DNA from: Octopus bimaculoides
Lineage: Eukaryota
Assembly: GCF_001194135.2 (NCBI RefSeq)
Contig: NC_068987.1
Location: forward strand, 82,947,692-83,003,799
Direction of reading: 5' to 3'
DNA: 56,108 bases
In this document: positions 12,624 to 24,068 of the stretch, one piece after another
Numbering within the stretch: position 1 is the first letter of the stretch
Layout of the letters: each line of letters begins with the position of its first letter
Translations under genes and position numbers: made by a program
Notes under the pieces: model-generated
Databases searched by the model: none
Told to the model about the DNA's origin: nothing
What the model saw: the letters and a program-made list of their open reading frames with translations, nothing else

Positions 12624-12799
12624 GGTTGCTATATTTTTTTGATAACATAATAGGTTAGATAAGATGATGTCTATATTACAATAACCAATAATATGTTGTG
12701 CATGTATTGTGATATTACAATCATGAAATTAGCATTAGCTTACCTTGTTCTTTCTTGTGGAACCATAGAGTTCCAGAGAACCCCAGTTGAGAAACATTG
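11962..12799. mobile_element. non-autonomous hAT-type (Charlie-like) DNA transposon or MITE
   Basis: perfect 14-bp TIRs CAATGTTTCTCAAC(11962-11975)/GTTGAGAAACATTG(12786-12799); 8-bp flanks CCCTAGAC/CCCTAGGG (6/8 match, TAG-centred); splits a SINE head. Confidence 0.8.
12125..12594 (+). mobile_element. family B copy nested in the hAT MITE
   Basis: internal tggcatgtaaaaagcacca repeats, family B 3' end. Confidence 0.8.
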
Positions 12800-13007
12800 C
12801 CCTAGGGTAACCCAAGTCGAGTGGATTGGTAGACGGAAACTGAAAGATGCCCTTCATATAAACACACACACACATTTATTCTTTTACTTGTTTCAGTCAT
12901 TTGACTACAGCCATGCTGGAGCACCACCTTAAAGGTTTTATAGTAGAAGAAATCAACCCAAGGATGTATTCTTTGTAAGCCTGGTACCTATTCTATCGGT
13001 GAGACCA

Positions 13008-13684
13008 TAATTTGAGGCCTCTGCCAGGGGTGTAGCCAGCCCACTTATGCGTACCTTTCCTTCATTGGACACTAAACTCTGCTTGTGAAGACCTGTTGAG
13101 GCAAATGAAATCGATCCAAGTTCGATGACTGGCACCCATGCCAACCTCTCCTTTCATTGGACATTAAACTCGGCTTGCAAAGACCTGTTGGGGCAAGTGA
13201 AATCGCAATTGTGATCGAACCAAATTCGATGACTGGCACCTGTGCCAGTGGAGCGCTAAGAGCACCATCTGAGCGTGATCACTGCCAGAGCAGCTGTCTG
13301 GCTTCCATGCCAGTGGCACGTAAATAGCACCATTTGAGCGTGATCGCTACCAGCGTCGCATTACTGAACCTTGTGCCAGTGGCACGGGAGAAAACATTCG
13401 AGCAAGGTCATTGCCAGTGCTGCTGGACTGCCTCACGTGCAGGTGGCACGTAAAAAACACCATTTTGAGCATGGCCATTACCAGTATCTCCTGACTGGCC
13501 CTCATGCCGGTGGCATGTAAAAGCACCCACTACATTCTTGGGGTGGTTGGCATTAGGAAGGGCATCCAGCTGTAGAAACTGTGCCAGTTCAGATTGGAGC
13601 CTGGTGCACCCTCCTGGTTTGCCAGTCCTCAGTCAAATCGTCCAACCCATGCTAGCATGGAAGGCGGACGTTAAACGATGATGA
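13008..13684 (+). mobile_element. family B copy, long, with internal tandem repeats
   Basis: two ~93-bp units plus several ~60-bp units, then the conserved 3' end and (GAT)n. Confidence 0.8.
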
Positions 13685-13699
13685 TATATATATATATAC

Positions 13700-13773
<74 letters not shown>

Positions 13774-13783
13774 NNNNNNNNNN

Positions 13784-13857
<74 letters not shown>

Positions 13858-14782
13858 GTACACACACACATACATGGATAAATAGACTGACAGATAGATA
13901 GATATACATTTATGTGTGTGTTTATGTTTCCTTGCTTGGATACAAATAAGGGTTAGTGACAGGAAGGACATCCAGCTGTAGAAAGATCTACCTCAGTAAA
14001 CTCTGTCCAACCCATTAAAATGATGATGACGATGATGATGATGATAGTGAGGATGGTGGTAGTGGTGGTGGTGATGATGACAGCGATGATGATGATGATT
14101 AACAATATTTCATTATCACCTTTCCGTTTACTTCTTTTTTTTTTTTCATTTTTGTTATTTTACACAAATTAATTGCTCATGTTCATCAAGATTGGATAAA
14201 CTTGTGGTTGATAGATACCTCTGTGGTTTAAGAACAACAGCAACAACAACAACAACAACAACAAATAATAATAATAATAATAACAACAGCAACAGAGTAA
14301 ATCCCATCGACAATTGTAGCTTGATTCCAACAGATTGAATAATTACTTCAATTATCGTTATTTAATTCTACTTTATCTCAAAACTACCAATGCACAGTTA
14401 TAACTGACTACTTACCAATGTACTATTTTTTTTTTAAATAAAATATATAAGAAATAATACCAAAAACTATATTTTCAAAAATCTAAGATGGCAGAATTGA
14501 AACATGACAAAATAAAAAAAAATTAAAACAAAAAAAAAAAACAAGGGGAAAAAAATAAAAGAAACAATTATGATAAAAGGCCACAGCAACATGCTGAGGA
14601 GTTAAATTAAGTTTTCTTTAAAAATATTAAATTGCAAGCAGAGATAAATGAAGTGTTGCTATTTATTATTAATACGTGACAAAAATGTGTTTAGATAGAA
14701 AATTACATGAAGACTAAGCTTAATTGTGTTGAGTCTTGTGAATAAGTTTCTTTTGGTTTCTCTCCTTTTCTCTCTTTTACGT

Positions 14783-14836
<54 letters not shown>

Positions 14837-15518
14837 NNNNNNNNNNNNNNNNNNNNNNNNNNNNNNNNNNNNNNNNNNNNNNNNNNNNNNNNNNNNNNNN
14901 NNNNNNNNNNNNNNNNNNNNNNNNNNNNNNNNNNNNNNNNNNNNNNNNNNNNNNNNNNNNNNNNNNNNNNNNNNNNNNNNNNNNNNNNNNNNNNNNNNNN
15001 NNNNNNNNNNNNNNNNNNNNNNNNNNNNNNNNNNNNNNNNNNNNNNNNNNNNNNNNNNNNNNNNNNNNNNNNNNNNNNNNNNNNNNNNNNNNNNNNNNNN
15101 NNNNNNNNNNNNNNNNNNNNNNNNNNNNNNNNNNNNNNNNNNNNNNNNNNNNNNNNNNNNNNNNNNNNNNNNNNNNNNNNNNNNNNNNNNNNNNNNNNNN
15201 NNNNNNNNNNNNNNNNNNNNNNNNNNNNNNNNNNNNNNNNNNNNNNNNNNNNNNNNNNNNNNNNNNNNNNNNNNNNNNNNNNNNNNNNNNNNNNNNNNNN
15301 NNNNNNNNNNNNNNNNNNNNNNNNNNNNNNNNNNNNNNNNNNNNNNNNNNNNNNNNNNNNNNNNNNNNNNNNNNNNNNNNNNNNNNNNNNNNNNNNNNNN
15401 NNNNNNNNNNNNNNNNNNNNNNNNNNNNNNNNNNNNNNNNNNNNNATATATATATATATATATATATATATACACGCACACACAAACACATATCAGCACA
15501 CACACACACATACATATC

Positions 15519-15873
15519 GGCACAGGCATGGCTGTGTGGTAAGAAGCTTGCTTCCCAACAACATGGTTCAGTATGGACCATGGTTCAGCCCAAGGAACCT
15601 GCTGCATGGTTCCTTGGGCAAGTGTCTTCTACTATAGCCTCAAGCCAACCAAGTGGATTTGGTAGATAGAAACTGAAAGAAGCCTGTTGTGTATATATAT
15701 ATCTTTTTTTTTTTTTCTGTATGTTTGCATCTCTGTAACTTAGCTGTTCAGCAGAAGATACTGTTAGAATAAGCACCAGGCTTACATAGAATAAGTCCAG
15801 GGGTTGATTTCTTTGACTAAAAGGTGGTGCTCCAGCATAGCCACATTCTAACGACTGAAATAGATAAAAGAAT
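15519..15873 (+). mobile_element. SINE family A copy
   Basis: same head and tail as the other family A copies. Confidence 0.8.
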
Positions 15874-16806
15874 ACATACATATGGACACATAGCAGGCCA
15901 ATGCATATGTAGATTCCATATAATTTTTAACTATAAAGCAACATTATAGAAAAAAAAGTCCCAACAGATGTAAACATTACCTTGCTACATTATTAAGCTT
16001 AATAACATAGAATAAACAAAATGCTATGCACACGCACACATTGACTGCATATGTTACTCATATTTACATACATATGTACATACATGCATAAAAACATACA
16101 TACATACATTCTGAATTTTGAACTAAACTGCATTTGTTGCTTATTTAACTTTATGATTACATAAAATATGATTTGCTTTAGAAAAGATGTGGAAAACAAT
16201 AACAAAAAATAAATTTGTCAAAGCATAAAATAAAATTTATTTGGCTATAACCAGTTTATATCTGCTAACAAAATGCTTTTAAATATTACCTTTTTGACCT
16301 TTCAGTAAGTACTCTCCTTTACAAAATCTTCAGACATTTTTAGCTAAAAGCTCTTTAATGTACAAAACATTTCCATGTAAAATCATTTATAATAAAATTT
16401 GCAAACTTTGCATGAAAAACAGTTGATAAAATTCTAGTCGAGCTTTCATCAAATAGATTTCAAATGAGTGTTATTTTGTCTTAAACATTCATTTGTTTTT
16501 AAGAGAGATTTTCTTAAAACTCTCTTTGAAGACTTTCAATAGTTTTCTGTGTCAAGAGCTATCTTAAGTTCTTTTTTAAAAAAAAACACTGAGAGTAGAG
16601 AATGAAAATATTCTGAGTTGTGTTTAAATGTTTTAAGATTGTTTTTTTTTTAATACATTTAATTTTTTCTCTTCTTTTCGTTTTAACAATCATATGGTTT
16701 AGACACGTGGTGTGCCCTGGTGGCCTGTTATTGTAAGGGAGATAATCACTTCTAGAATATTATATTTAATTTGTTTCTACTCATTACAAGGACCATAAAG
16801 TTTCTA

Positions 16807-17220
16807 GGTGTAGCTGTGTGGTAAGAAGCTTGCTTGCCAACCATGTGGTCTCTGGTTCAGTCCTACTGCATGACACCATATGCAAGTGTCTTCTACTATA
16901 GCTTTATGCCAACCAAAGCCTTGTGAGTGAACTTGATAGGCAGAAACTGAAAGAAGCCTGTCATATGTGTGTGTGTGTATGTGTGTATTTGTGTGTGCCT
17001 TATTGTCTGTGTTTGTCCCCCACCACTGCTTGACAACCAGTAATGGTATGTTTACCTCCCTGTAACTTAGCAATTTGGCAAAAGAGACCAACAGAATAAA
17101 TGCCAGGTTTAAAAGAAAAAATAATTACAGGTGCCGATTCATTCGACTAAAAAGTTCTTCAAGGTGGTGCCTCAGCATGGCCGCATTCTAATGACTGAAA
17201 CAAGCAACAGATTAAAGATA
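16807..17220 (+). mobile_element. SINE family A copy
   Basis: head, (TG)n, tail. Confidence 0.8.
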
Positions 17221-18264
17221 AATAACTATGTACAGAACCATTTCATTCTTATATGAAATCATCAGCATAATATAACCTGAAGTAAATGAATTAAACATTT
17301 TATGAAGGAAAATATTTCTCATAGATTGAAAATAATTACAGTTTAGAAAACATTTACATAAATTGTTGAAGATTTGACATTTTATGGTTGAATTCCTCTT
17401 TCTAATATCAGCTATTTAAATGTGAAGAACATCTATTAAACAAACTGCAAAAAAATAATGAACCATATCTTAGGTTCCAACATATTAATGCTTGCAGAAT
17501 TCCTATGGCAGATTCATTGGTCATTAGTCAAACACGTTAACAATTGCGCTATTAGTTTCAAGTAAACAAAAATCTAAAATATACAAATTTATTGGCTTAT
17601 TGATTAACACACACACACACACGACGCATACTTTCCACTCTTCCTCCAGCAAATATCCATCATCATCATCACCATCATCATTTTAACATCGACTACCACT
17701 GGTTGGACAGAATTCATTGAAGCACGTTTTCTATGGCGGGACACCCTCCTTCTCACCCCCACTCCCCACATGTTTGAAAGCAAGCTTATATTCTTTGTGG
17801 CCAGACATGCTTTCACAGAGGATTGGAAATGAATGACACCGCTTGTACAGCACCACTTGTTCACAACTCTCACATGAGATCAAAACAACTCACACACACA
17901 CACACACATACACACACTTACACACATACATGTGATGGGTTTCATGTATTGTCTGCCAACAAAATACACTCACAAGGCTTTGGTTGGTCATTGACTATAG
18001 CAGAAGACACTTGCCCAAGATATCATGCTGTGGAACCGAACTCAAAACTTTGAAGTTGGGAAGGTGTCCAGCAAACCTCTTAACCACACAGCCATTCTTG
18101 CTTCCATTACTTGATATAGGAAGAAACTACTGAGATTGGATGTGTGTGTGTGTGTGTATTTTATATTTAATTTTTTAATTTTGATTTTTCAGTGGTAGGG
18201 GCTACGTCAAGTGATCAAATATATAATTTCTTTCATTTTATATATATGTGTGTATATATATATG

Positions 18265-18298
<34 letters not shown>

Positions 18299-18689
18299 TN
18301 NNNNNNNNNNNNNNNNNNNNNNNNNNNNNNNNNNNNNNNNNNNNNNNNNNNNNNNNNNNNNNNNNNNNNNNNNNNNNNNNNNNNNNNNNNNNNNNNNNNN
18401 NNNNNNNNNNNNNNNNNNNNNNNNNNNNNNNNNNNNNNNNNNNNNNNNNNNNNNNNNNNNNNNNNNNNNNNNNNNNNNNNNNNNNNNNNNNNNNNNNNNN
18501 NNNNNNNNNNNNNNNNNNNNNNNNNNNNNNNNNNNNNNNNNNNNNNNNNNNNNNNAGAGAGAGAGAGAGAGATTCAGGTGAATGTGGTACTTAAGTTTAA
18601 GCACCAGAATTAAGTATGGTATCATCCATGCAATTTCAAAATAAGGTGATTTAAATCAGAATAAGCAACAAGGATATCCAGAGGTAATG

Positions 18690-18860
18690 CAGTACGAAGA
18701 CAGGTGGTGTAGAAAACAAACAGATGTATTAGTATAATGCTCGGGAACTGAAAAGTCTTTAACGTTTCGAGCCTACGCTCTTCCATAGAAAGGAACACAG
18801 AAAGAAACAAAGAGAGAAAAAAATATGTGTAGTGGTTACCGATCTATCATGGTGAATGAT
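18690..18860 (-). mobile_element. short hammerhead-bearing interspersed repeat, second copy
   Basis: reverse complement matches 35222-35315 over aaagacttt...ctacaccacctgtcttcgt. Confidence 0.55.
18757..18792 (-). ncRNA. decayed hammerhead-like motif
   Basis: minus strand CTTT-CTATGGA-A-GAGC-gtag-GCTC-GAAA-CG-TT-AAAG; stems I and II and the ACGT palindrome are intact, the CUGANGA core is mutated. Confidence 0.5.
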
Positions 18861-19392
18861 ATATGGCGAATATATATATATATATAAAATTATCCGAAGG
18901 ACATACTGAGTAGGGCTACCTGCTGGAAATAACAATCAAAACCCTTATTTAAATCACCAAAATACACTGATGATAACTACAGAAATCAACCGCCTGAAGG
19001 CAAATGGGCTAAAACAATCTCTCAGTATACATTCAAGTATTTGAACTCATGTGAACCAGCTTCTGGGTTGGCATTACACGTTTTGACTGTTATTTCTAGC
19101 AGGTAGACATACTTAGTATGTCCTTCAAATAATTTTAATCCTTCAGCTATTTAATGCATTTTGGGGGCCTGCAATTGCCTATATTATTGATTCTGTTATT
19201 ATCATTTTTACAATTGTTACACTAGATAATAATAGAGTCAATGATATCTTAGCAGATATTTCTCTCCTAAGTTACTTGCTCCGTATTGATATATATATAT
19301 ATATGTATTTTGACAATTTCCTTACTAAACAATTTCCTGGATTCACTTTGTTACCTGACTGAATTTGTTGTGCTGTTTATTCTATTTTGCAG

Positions 19393-19573
19393 GTGAAGTA
19401 CTGTCTTTCTATCTCTCTCGGCTTCTTGGACTTGATAATGTCCCAATTGTTAGCCTCTCTAAAGTGAATCATTCTTCTGTTCAATGGAAAGGAATAAACT
19501 TCAGTAAACTTCAATGGACTGAAGGGAATTTGGTTGCCCTTATCCAATGGATCCCCGGTATTTCAACAGTAAG
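19393..19573 (+). CDS. fj: four-jointed/FJX1-family Golgi kinase, first coding exon visible in the window (gene is 5'-partial)
   Basis: ttttgcag acceptor (AG 19391-19392); reads (G)EVLSFYLSRLLGLDNVP...QWKG...WTEGNLVALIQWIPGISTVR, matching the FJX1 block GEALSYYLARLLGL...QW...WTEGSVVSLTRWLP recalled from family knowledge; donor AG|gtaaag at 19574 is phase 2 and fits the next exon. Confidence 0.92.
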
Positions 19574-19646
19574 GTAAAGCTTCCACTCTTATTTATTCTC
19601 TTACCTGGTGTTCTTTTTTTACATTATTACAACAATCTATTGTCTC

Positions 19647-20020
19647 TTACTTGTTTCAGTCTATGGACTGCAGCCATGCTGGGGCACTACTTTGATCCCA
19701 GTACTTGTGTTTATTTCAGCTCTGATACTTATTCTGTTGGTCTCTTCGCCAAACTGCCAAGTTATGGGGTTGTAAACAAACTGACACCAGTTTTCAAGCA
19801 GTTGGGAGGGGGACAAACACAAACTCAAAAACACAAGCACATACCCCCATACACACATATATAAGATGGGCTTCCACACAGTTTCTATCTACCAAATTCA
19901 CTCACAAGGCATTGGTCAGCTCAGGACAATAGCAGAAGCCTTGCTCAAGGTGCCATACTGTGGAACCGAACCCAAAACCACATGTTGCAAAGTGAGCTTT
20001 TTAACCACACAATTGTGCTT
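19647..20020 (-). mobile_element. SINE family A copy about 70 nt downstream of the first fj exon
   Basis: reverse complement of the family A tail and head. Confidence 0.8.
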
Positions 20021-20689
20021 ATACCTTAACTAGCGAAATTTTTAGATACTTTTTTCATTTTAGACGCATGTGTTCTGTGCAAAATGTAGCACAGATCTGA
20101 TAAATTAGTTTCAGCCAATAAGTAATACATAAAGAAAGCAAGAACATTATATTGCTGTAAAATCAACATGAGACAGCCAGAGTTGTATCTATGAGGATCT
20201 ACTACATTACATTTTTGTCTAAGAGCTAAGAACAAAAAAAATTAAGTCTTGGAATTCCTGAAAGCATTACAAAATAATTACACAAAATTCATTCAGGAAT
20301 CATGAGACTTTCCTAATTAATGTTGCTTTTCTAATTTATTTGGTTTTTATGATATTTTAAAGTTAGAATTTCTTTACAGAAATAATATGATTTCAACAAG
20401 TTGCAACATATACAGGTAGAGTAAAAGAAGCTCTTTAGTTCTGTTGCAGACAGCCTTTCTTGTGAAGGTGGCACATTAAAGTGCACCCTGTCTTTACTGT
20501 AAAACAGTTAATGTAAAAAATGTACCAAAAGCAAACTTGCCATACATGGTTTGTCATATTCGAATTTCTTCCAAAGGATTTTATTGTTATTCAAAAGAAC
20601 AATAAACACATATATACAATGACAAGTTTGTGTCAGAATAGCCTTCAAAACTTCTGAAAGTATATGGATGCTAATTCATTCTTATTATG

Positions 20690-21687
20690 AAAGGTTTAGT
20701 GGTCAGTACAATATAATTTTCAGAAATCAAATCATTTACTGTAAACTGAATGGGCAGGTGCATTGTCATGATGTAATTACCACTCACCAGACACATGCAA
20801 TTATGACCTTTTTCAATGAATGGCATCCTGCAAATACCACAAAACATCACGGTAGTATAACTTGTTTACTGTCTGACCAGGTGGAGCATACACATGATGA
20901 GCAATCCCTTTGTTGTCAAAGAAAACGATCAACAGTGTTTTCATATTGCTTCAACTCATTTGTGCTTTATTCGGTCTCGGACAGGTTGGTGTTTCCCACT
21001 GCAAAGACTGAGCCTTTGTTTCAGGGTCATAGCTACAGACCCACGATTCATCACCCATTATGACTGTTTTCAAAAAGTTTTCATTGTTCTCGACACAACC
21101 AAGGAGATTGAAACCTGAGTGTCTTTTTGATCAGCTAAAAGCAGTTTTGGCACAAACTTGGCAGACACACATCTCATACACAAATCTTCAGTGATAATGG
21201 ACTGAACTGAACCGTAACTAATCTGCACATCCCCTGATAACTCACAGTTGGTGATTCGACAATTTCCCTTCACAGCTGCATGCACATCGGCAATGTTTTT
21301 CTCAGTTCTGCTGGTTGCAGGCTTCCCAGAACGTTTGTCACTATCAACATTTTTTTGGCCATCTTGGAAACATCTGAACCACTCATACACTTGTGTACAG
21401 CTCATACATTTTTTGCAACTTTGCATAGGCCTCTGAGCAGGTATCACCAAGCTTTTGGCAAAATTGGATGCAGATTCTCAGCTCAACTTTCTGGTCAGTG
21501 CAACAATCACATGCTACACACGTTCCTTCCAAGCACTGCATTAAACAGCAGAAGTGAGCTAAAATGTTAAAACGTAGTGTGTATGCACAGCAGAGTTCAA
21601 GATCAAACTGTGCCAAGCAGCTTCACTCTACGTGCTTTAGCTTCATTACTATAGCAACAGTCCGGATACTTATTGATCAGATTACAT
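20690..21687 (-). mobile_element. Tc1/mariner (mariner-type) transposon relic with disrupted transposase, antisense in fj intron
   Basis: minus-strand peptides ELRICIQFCQKLG, VYEWFRCFQDG...RSGKP, VSAKFVPKLL, IMGDESWVCSYDPETKAQSLQW and LHHDNAPAH with frameshifts and stops; mariner-like terminus TCTGATCAATAAGTATCCGGACTG near 21658-21681; second TIR not recognisable. Confidence 0.88.
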
Positions 21688-21743
21688 ATGTATATATATA
21701 TATATGTGTGTATATATACATATTTATGTATATATATATATAC

Positions 21744-21774
<31 letters not shown>

Positions 21775-21785
21775 CATATATATAC

Positions 21786-21824
<39 letters not shown>

Positions 21825-22470
21825 CATATAAATATATGGTGAGAGAGAATGAAAGAGATATATAATCTATTATATATTATATATATTTTTATATGTATGG
21901 GTATGTGTGTGTATGTATATATGCAAATATGTATGCATGTATATATGTATGTGTCTGCCAATTATCTATGTAAATATGTAAATGCTAAAAGAAAGAAACT
22001 TGCACATTATTTTGCCATTAAGATCTCTGATATATTTCCTGGCTGTGCAATCTTCCTTGTGTATCTCGCATGCATTAGCGAAATATCTTAATGTTGTGTT
22101 GGAATTTAATAGACAACACACAAGCAGCATAATTCCAATGTAGATGTGTGCTGAAGCATTGAAGATATGAAACTTTATATTTTGTTTTGTAAAGAAAATA
22201 TGGCCATTATTATATCATAATGGAAATATTTCAAAAGACTATAGCTTCATCATGTTTCTCTTTTAGTAAAGCCTATTTCTCTATTTCAACGATTTATCAG
22301 TATTAACGACATGCTAATTACCTGATGATGTTAGAAAGGAGTATTTCTCAGTTTGGAAAGTTCTGTTGAGAACAATTTATATAGGCACAGTCGTAGTTGT
22401 ATGGTTAAGAAGCTAGCTCCCCAACCATGTGGTTGTGGTTTCAATCCCACTGGGTATGTATCTTTATACA

Positions 22471-22892
22471 GGTGCAGGAGTGGATGTGTTGTAAGAAGCT
22501 TGCTTCCCAGTCACATGGTTCTGGGTTGAGTCCCACTGTGTGGTACCTTGGGCAAGTGTCTTCTGCTATAGTCTCAGGCCAACCAAAGCCTTGTGAGTGG
22601 ATTTGATAGGTGGAAACTGAAAGAAGCCCATTGTATATATATATATATATATATGTATGTATATATATGTGTATATATTTGTGTGTGTGTCTGTGTTTGT
22701 CAATCCTCCATCACTTGACAACCAATGTTGGTGTGTTTACGTATCTGTAACTTAGCAGTTCGGCAAAAGAGACCAATAGAATAAGTACTAGGCATACAAA
22801 GAATAAGTCCTGGGGTCAGTTCATTCGACTAAAGGCGGTGCTCCAACATAGCCGCAGACAAATGACTGAATCAAATAAAAGAATGAAAGAAT
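22471..22892 (+). mobile_element. SINE family A copy, full length
   Basis: ggtgcaggagtggatgtg...ctgggttgagtcccactg head, (TA/TG)n centre, complete tail. Confidence 0.85.
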
Positions 22893-23283
22893 ATAGCTCT
22901 GGGACAATCTAAGCCCTGTGAGTGGAGTTGGTAGATGGGAACTGCAAAAGAAGCCCATTGAATGTTTGTGTGTTCATGTGTCTTTGTGCCCCATCCAACT
23001 GTTTGGAACTGGTGTTGGCTTTCTCTTTTCTCTTTTACTTGTTTCAGTCATTTGACTGTGGCCATGCTGGAGCACTGCCTAGTGGTTCAGCAAAAGAGAC
23101 CAATAGAATAAGTACCAAACTTAAAAATATTAAAATCCCAGCATGGCCACCATCCAATAACTGAAACAAGTAAAAGGAAGTTTCTGTGGTTGACTGCTAG
23201 AAATAGAAACCAAGTTTCCATCCTTCATCTTTAAAGAGGACACTCTGGATATTGTAGTCTAGAGCTGTGCTCCACAACTGGTA

Positions 23284-24068
23284 TGTTGCAGCACACTGAC
23301 GTGCAATGAGACGATGCTAGGTGTGCTGCAGTGTAACCTGAATATAATTTTTTTCCCTATACTTTTATATTTCTAGTTCAGGTGTGCGGCACACTGACAT
23401 GCTATGAGACGATGCTAGGTGTGCCGCAGTGTAACCTGAATATAATTTTTTTCCTATACTTTTAGTTATATTTCTAGTTCAAGTATGCGGCACACTGATA
23501 TGCCATAAGACAATGCTAGGTGTGTCGCAAATCACAATGGTTTCAAGTGATTGGTCTATTAAGTAACCAATCAGTATCAATCCACCACATGATTTAATTT
23601 TCTAGAATCTTCTCCTCGTGCTCTATAAAAACCCTCTTTTGGCGCCAACACTCTTTGTAGACTGTCGAGACCAGCCAACTCATTCACATGCAGACTGTTG
23701 AGGCTGCTGTGTATTGTGTTTCCATTCTCGCCATAGCCAAACAGTTAAGACAGATGGCAAATAGTCAGCAGAAATCTCTGTCACTATGAATATAGTACAA
23801 TTGTTTCTGTTATGATGGGCCAGCCACAGACTGCTGTATCTATAGGCTTATTGTAAACTTCAAACAGTGTGTCTCTCCCAGCATGTAATTATTGCTGTTA
23901 TTATTTTCAAAAGTCCAACACAGTTAAACTCAATGTGCAGTAATAAAATCTTCTGTTAAAAGTTTGTGGGTGTTGTCAGCTACTTCTTCACGCAACCCAA
24001 GAAACACATCTTCATTTATCGACTCAACCAGTTGTCACCTCAGGTCAACCAACACACCACCTACAACA
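23284..24068 (+). mobile_element. candidate solo LTR
   Basis: TGTTGCAG...CTACAACA termini; about 2.4 copies of a ~100-bp unit (23290-23529); inverted CCAAT pair (23548-23573); TATAAAA (23624-23630); AATAAA (23942-23947); no TSD seen. Confidence 0.5.

Noticed and set aside
12200-13520. Regularly recurring ~25-nt motif with variable spacers, superficially CRISPR-like
   Set aside because: Eukaryotic context, the spacers are homologous to each other, no cas genes are present, and it lies inside a retroposon.
22322-22340. CTGATGATG motif typical of Penelope hammerheads
   Set aside because: No helix II or GAAAC follows in register.
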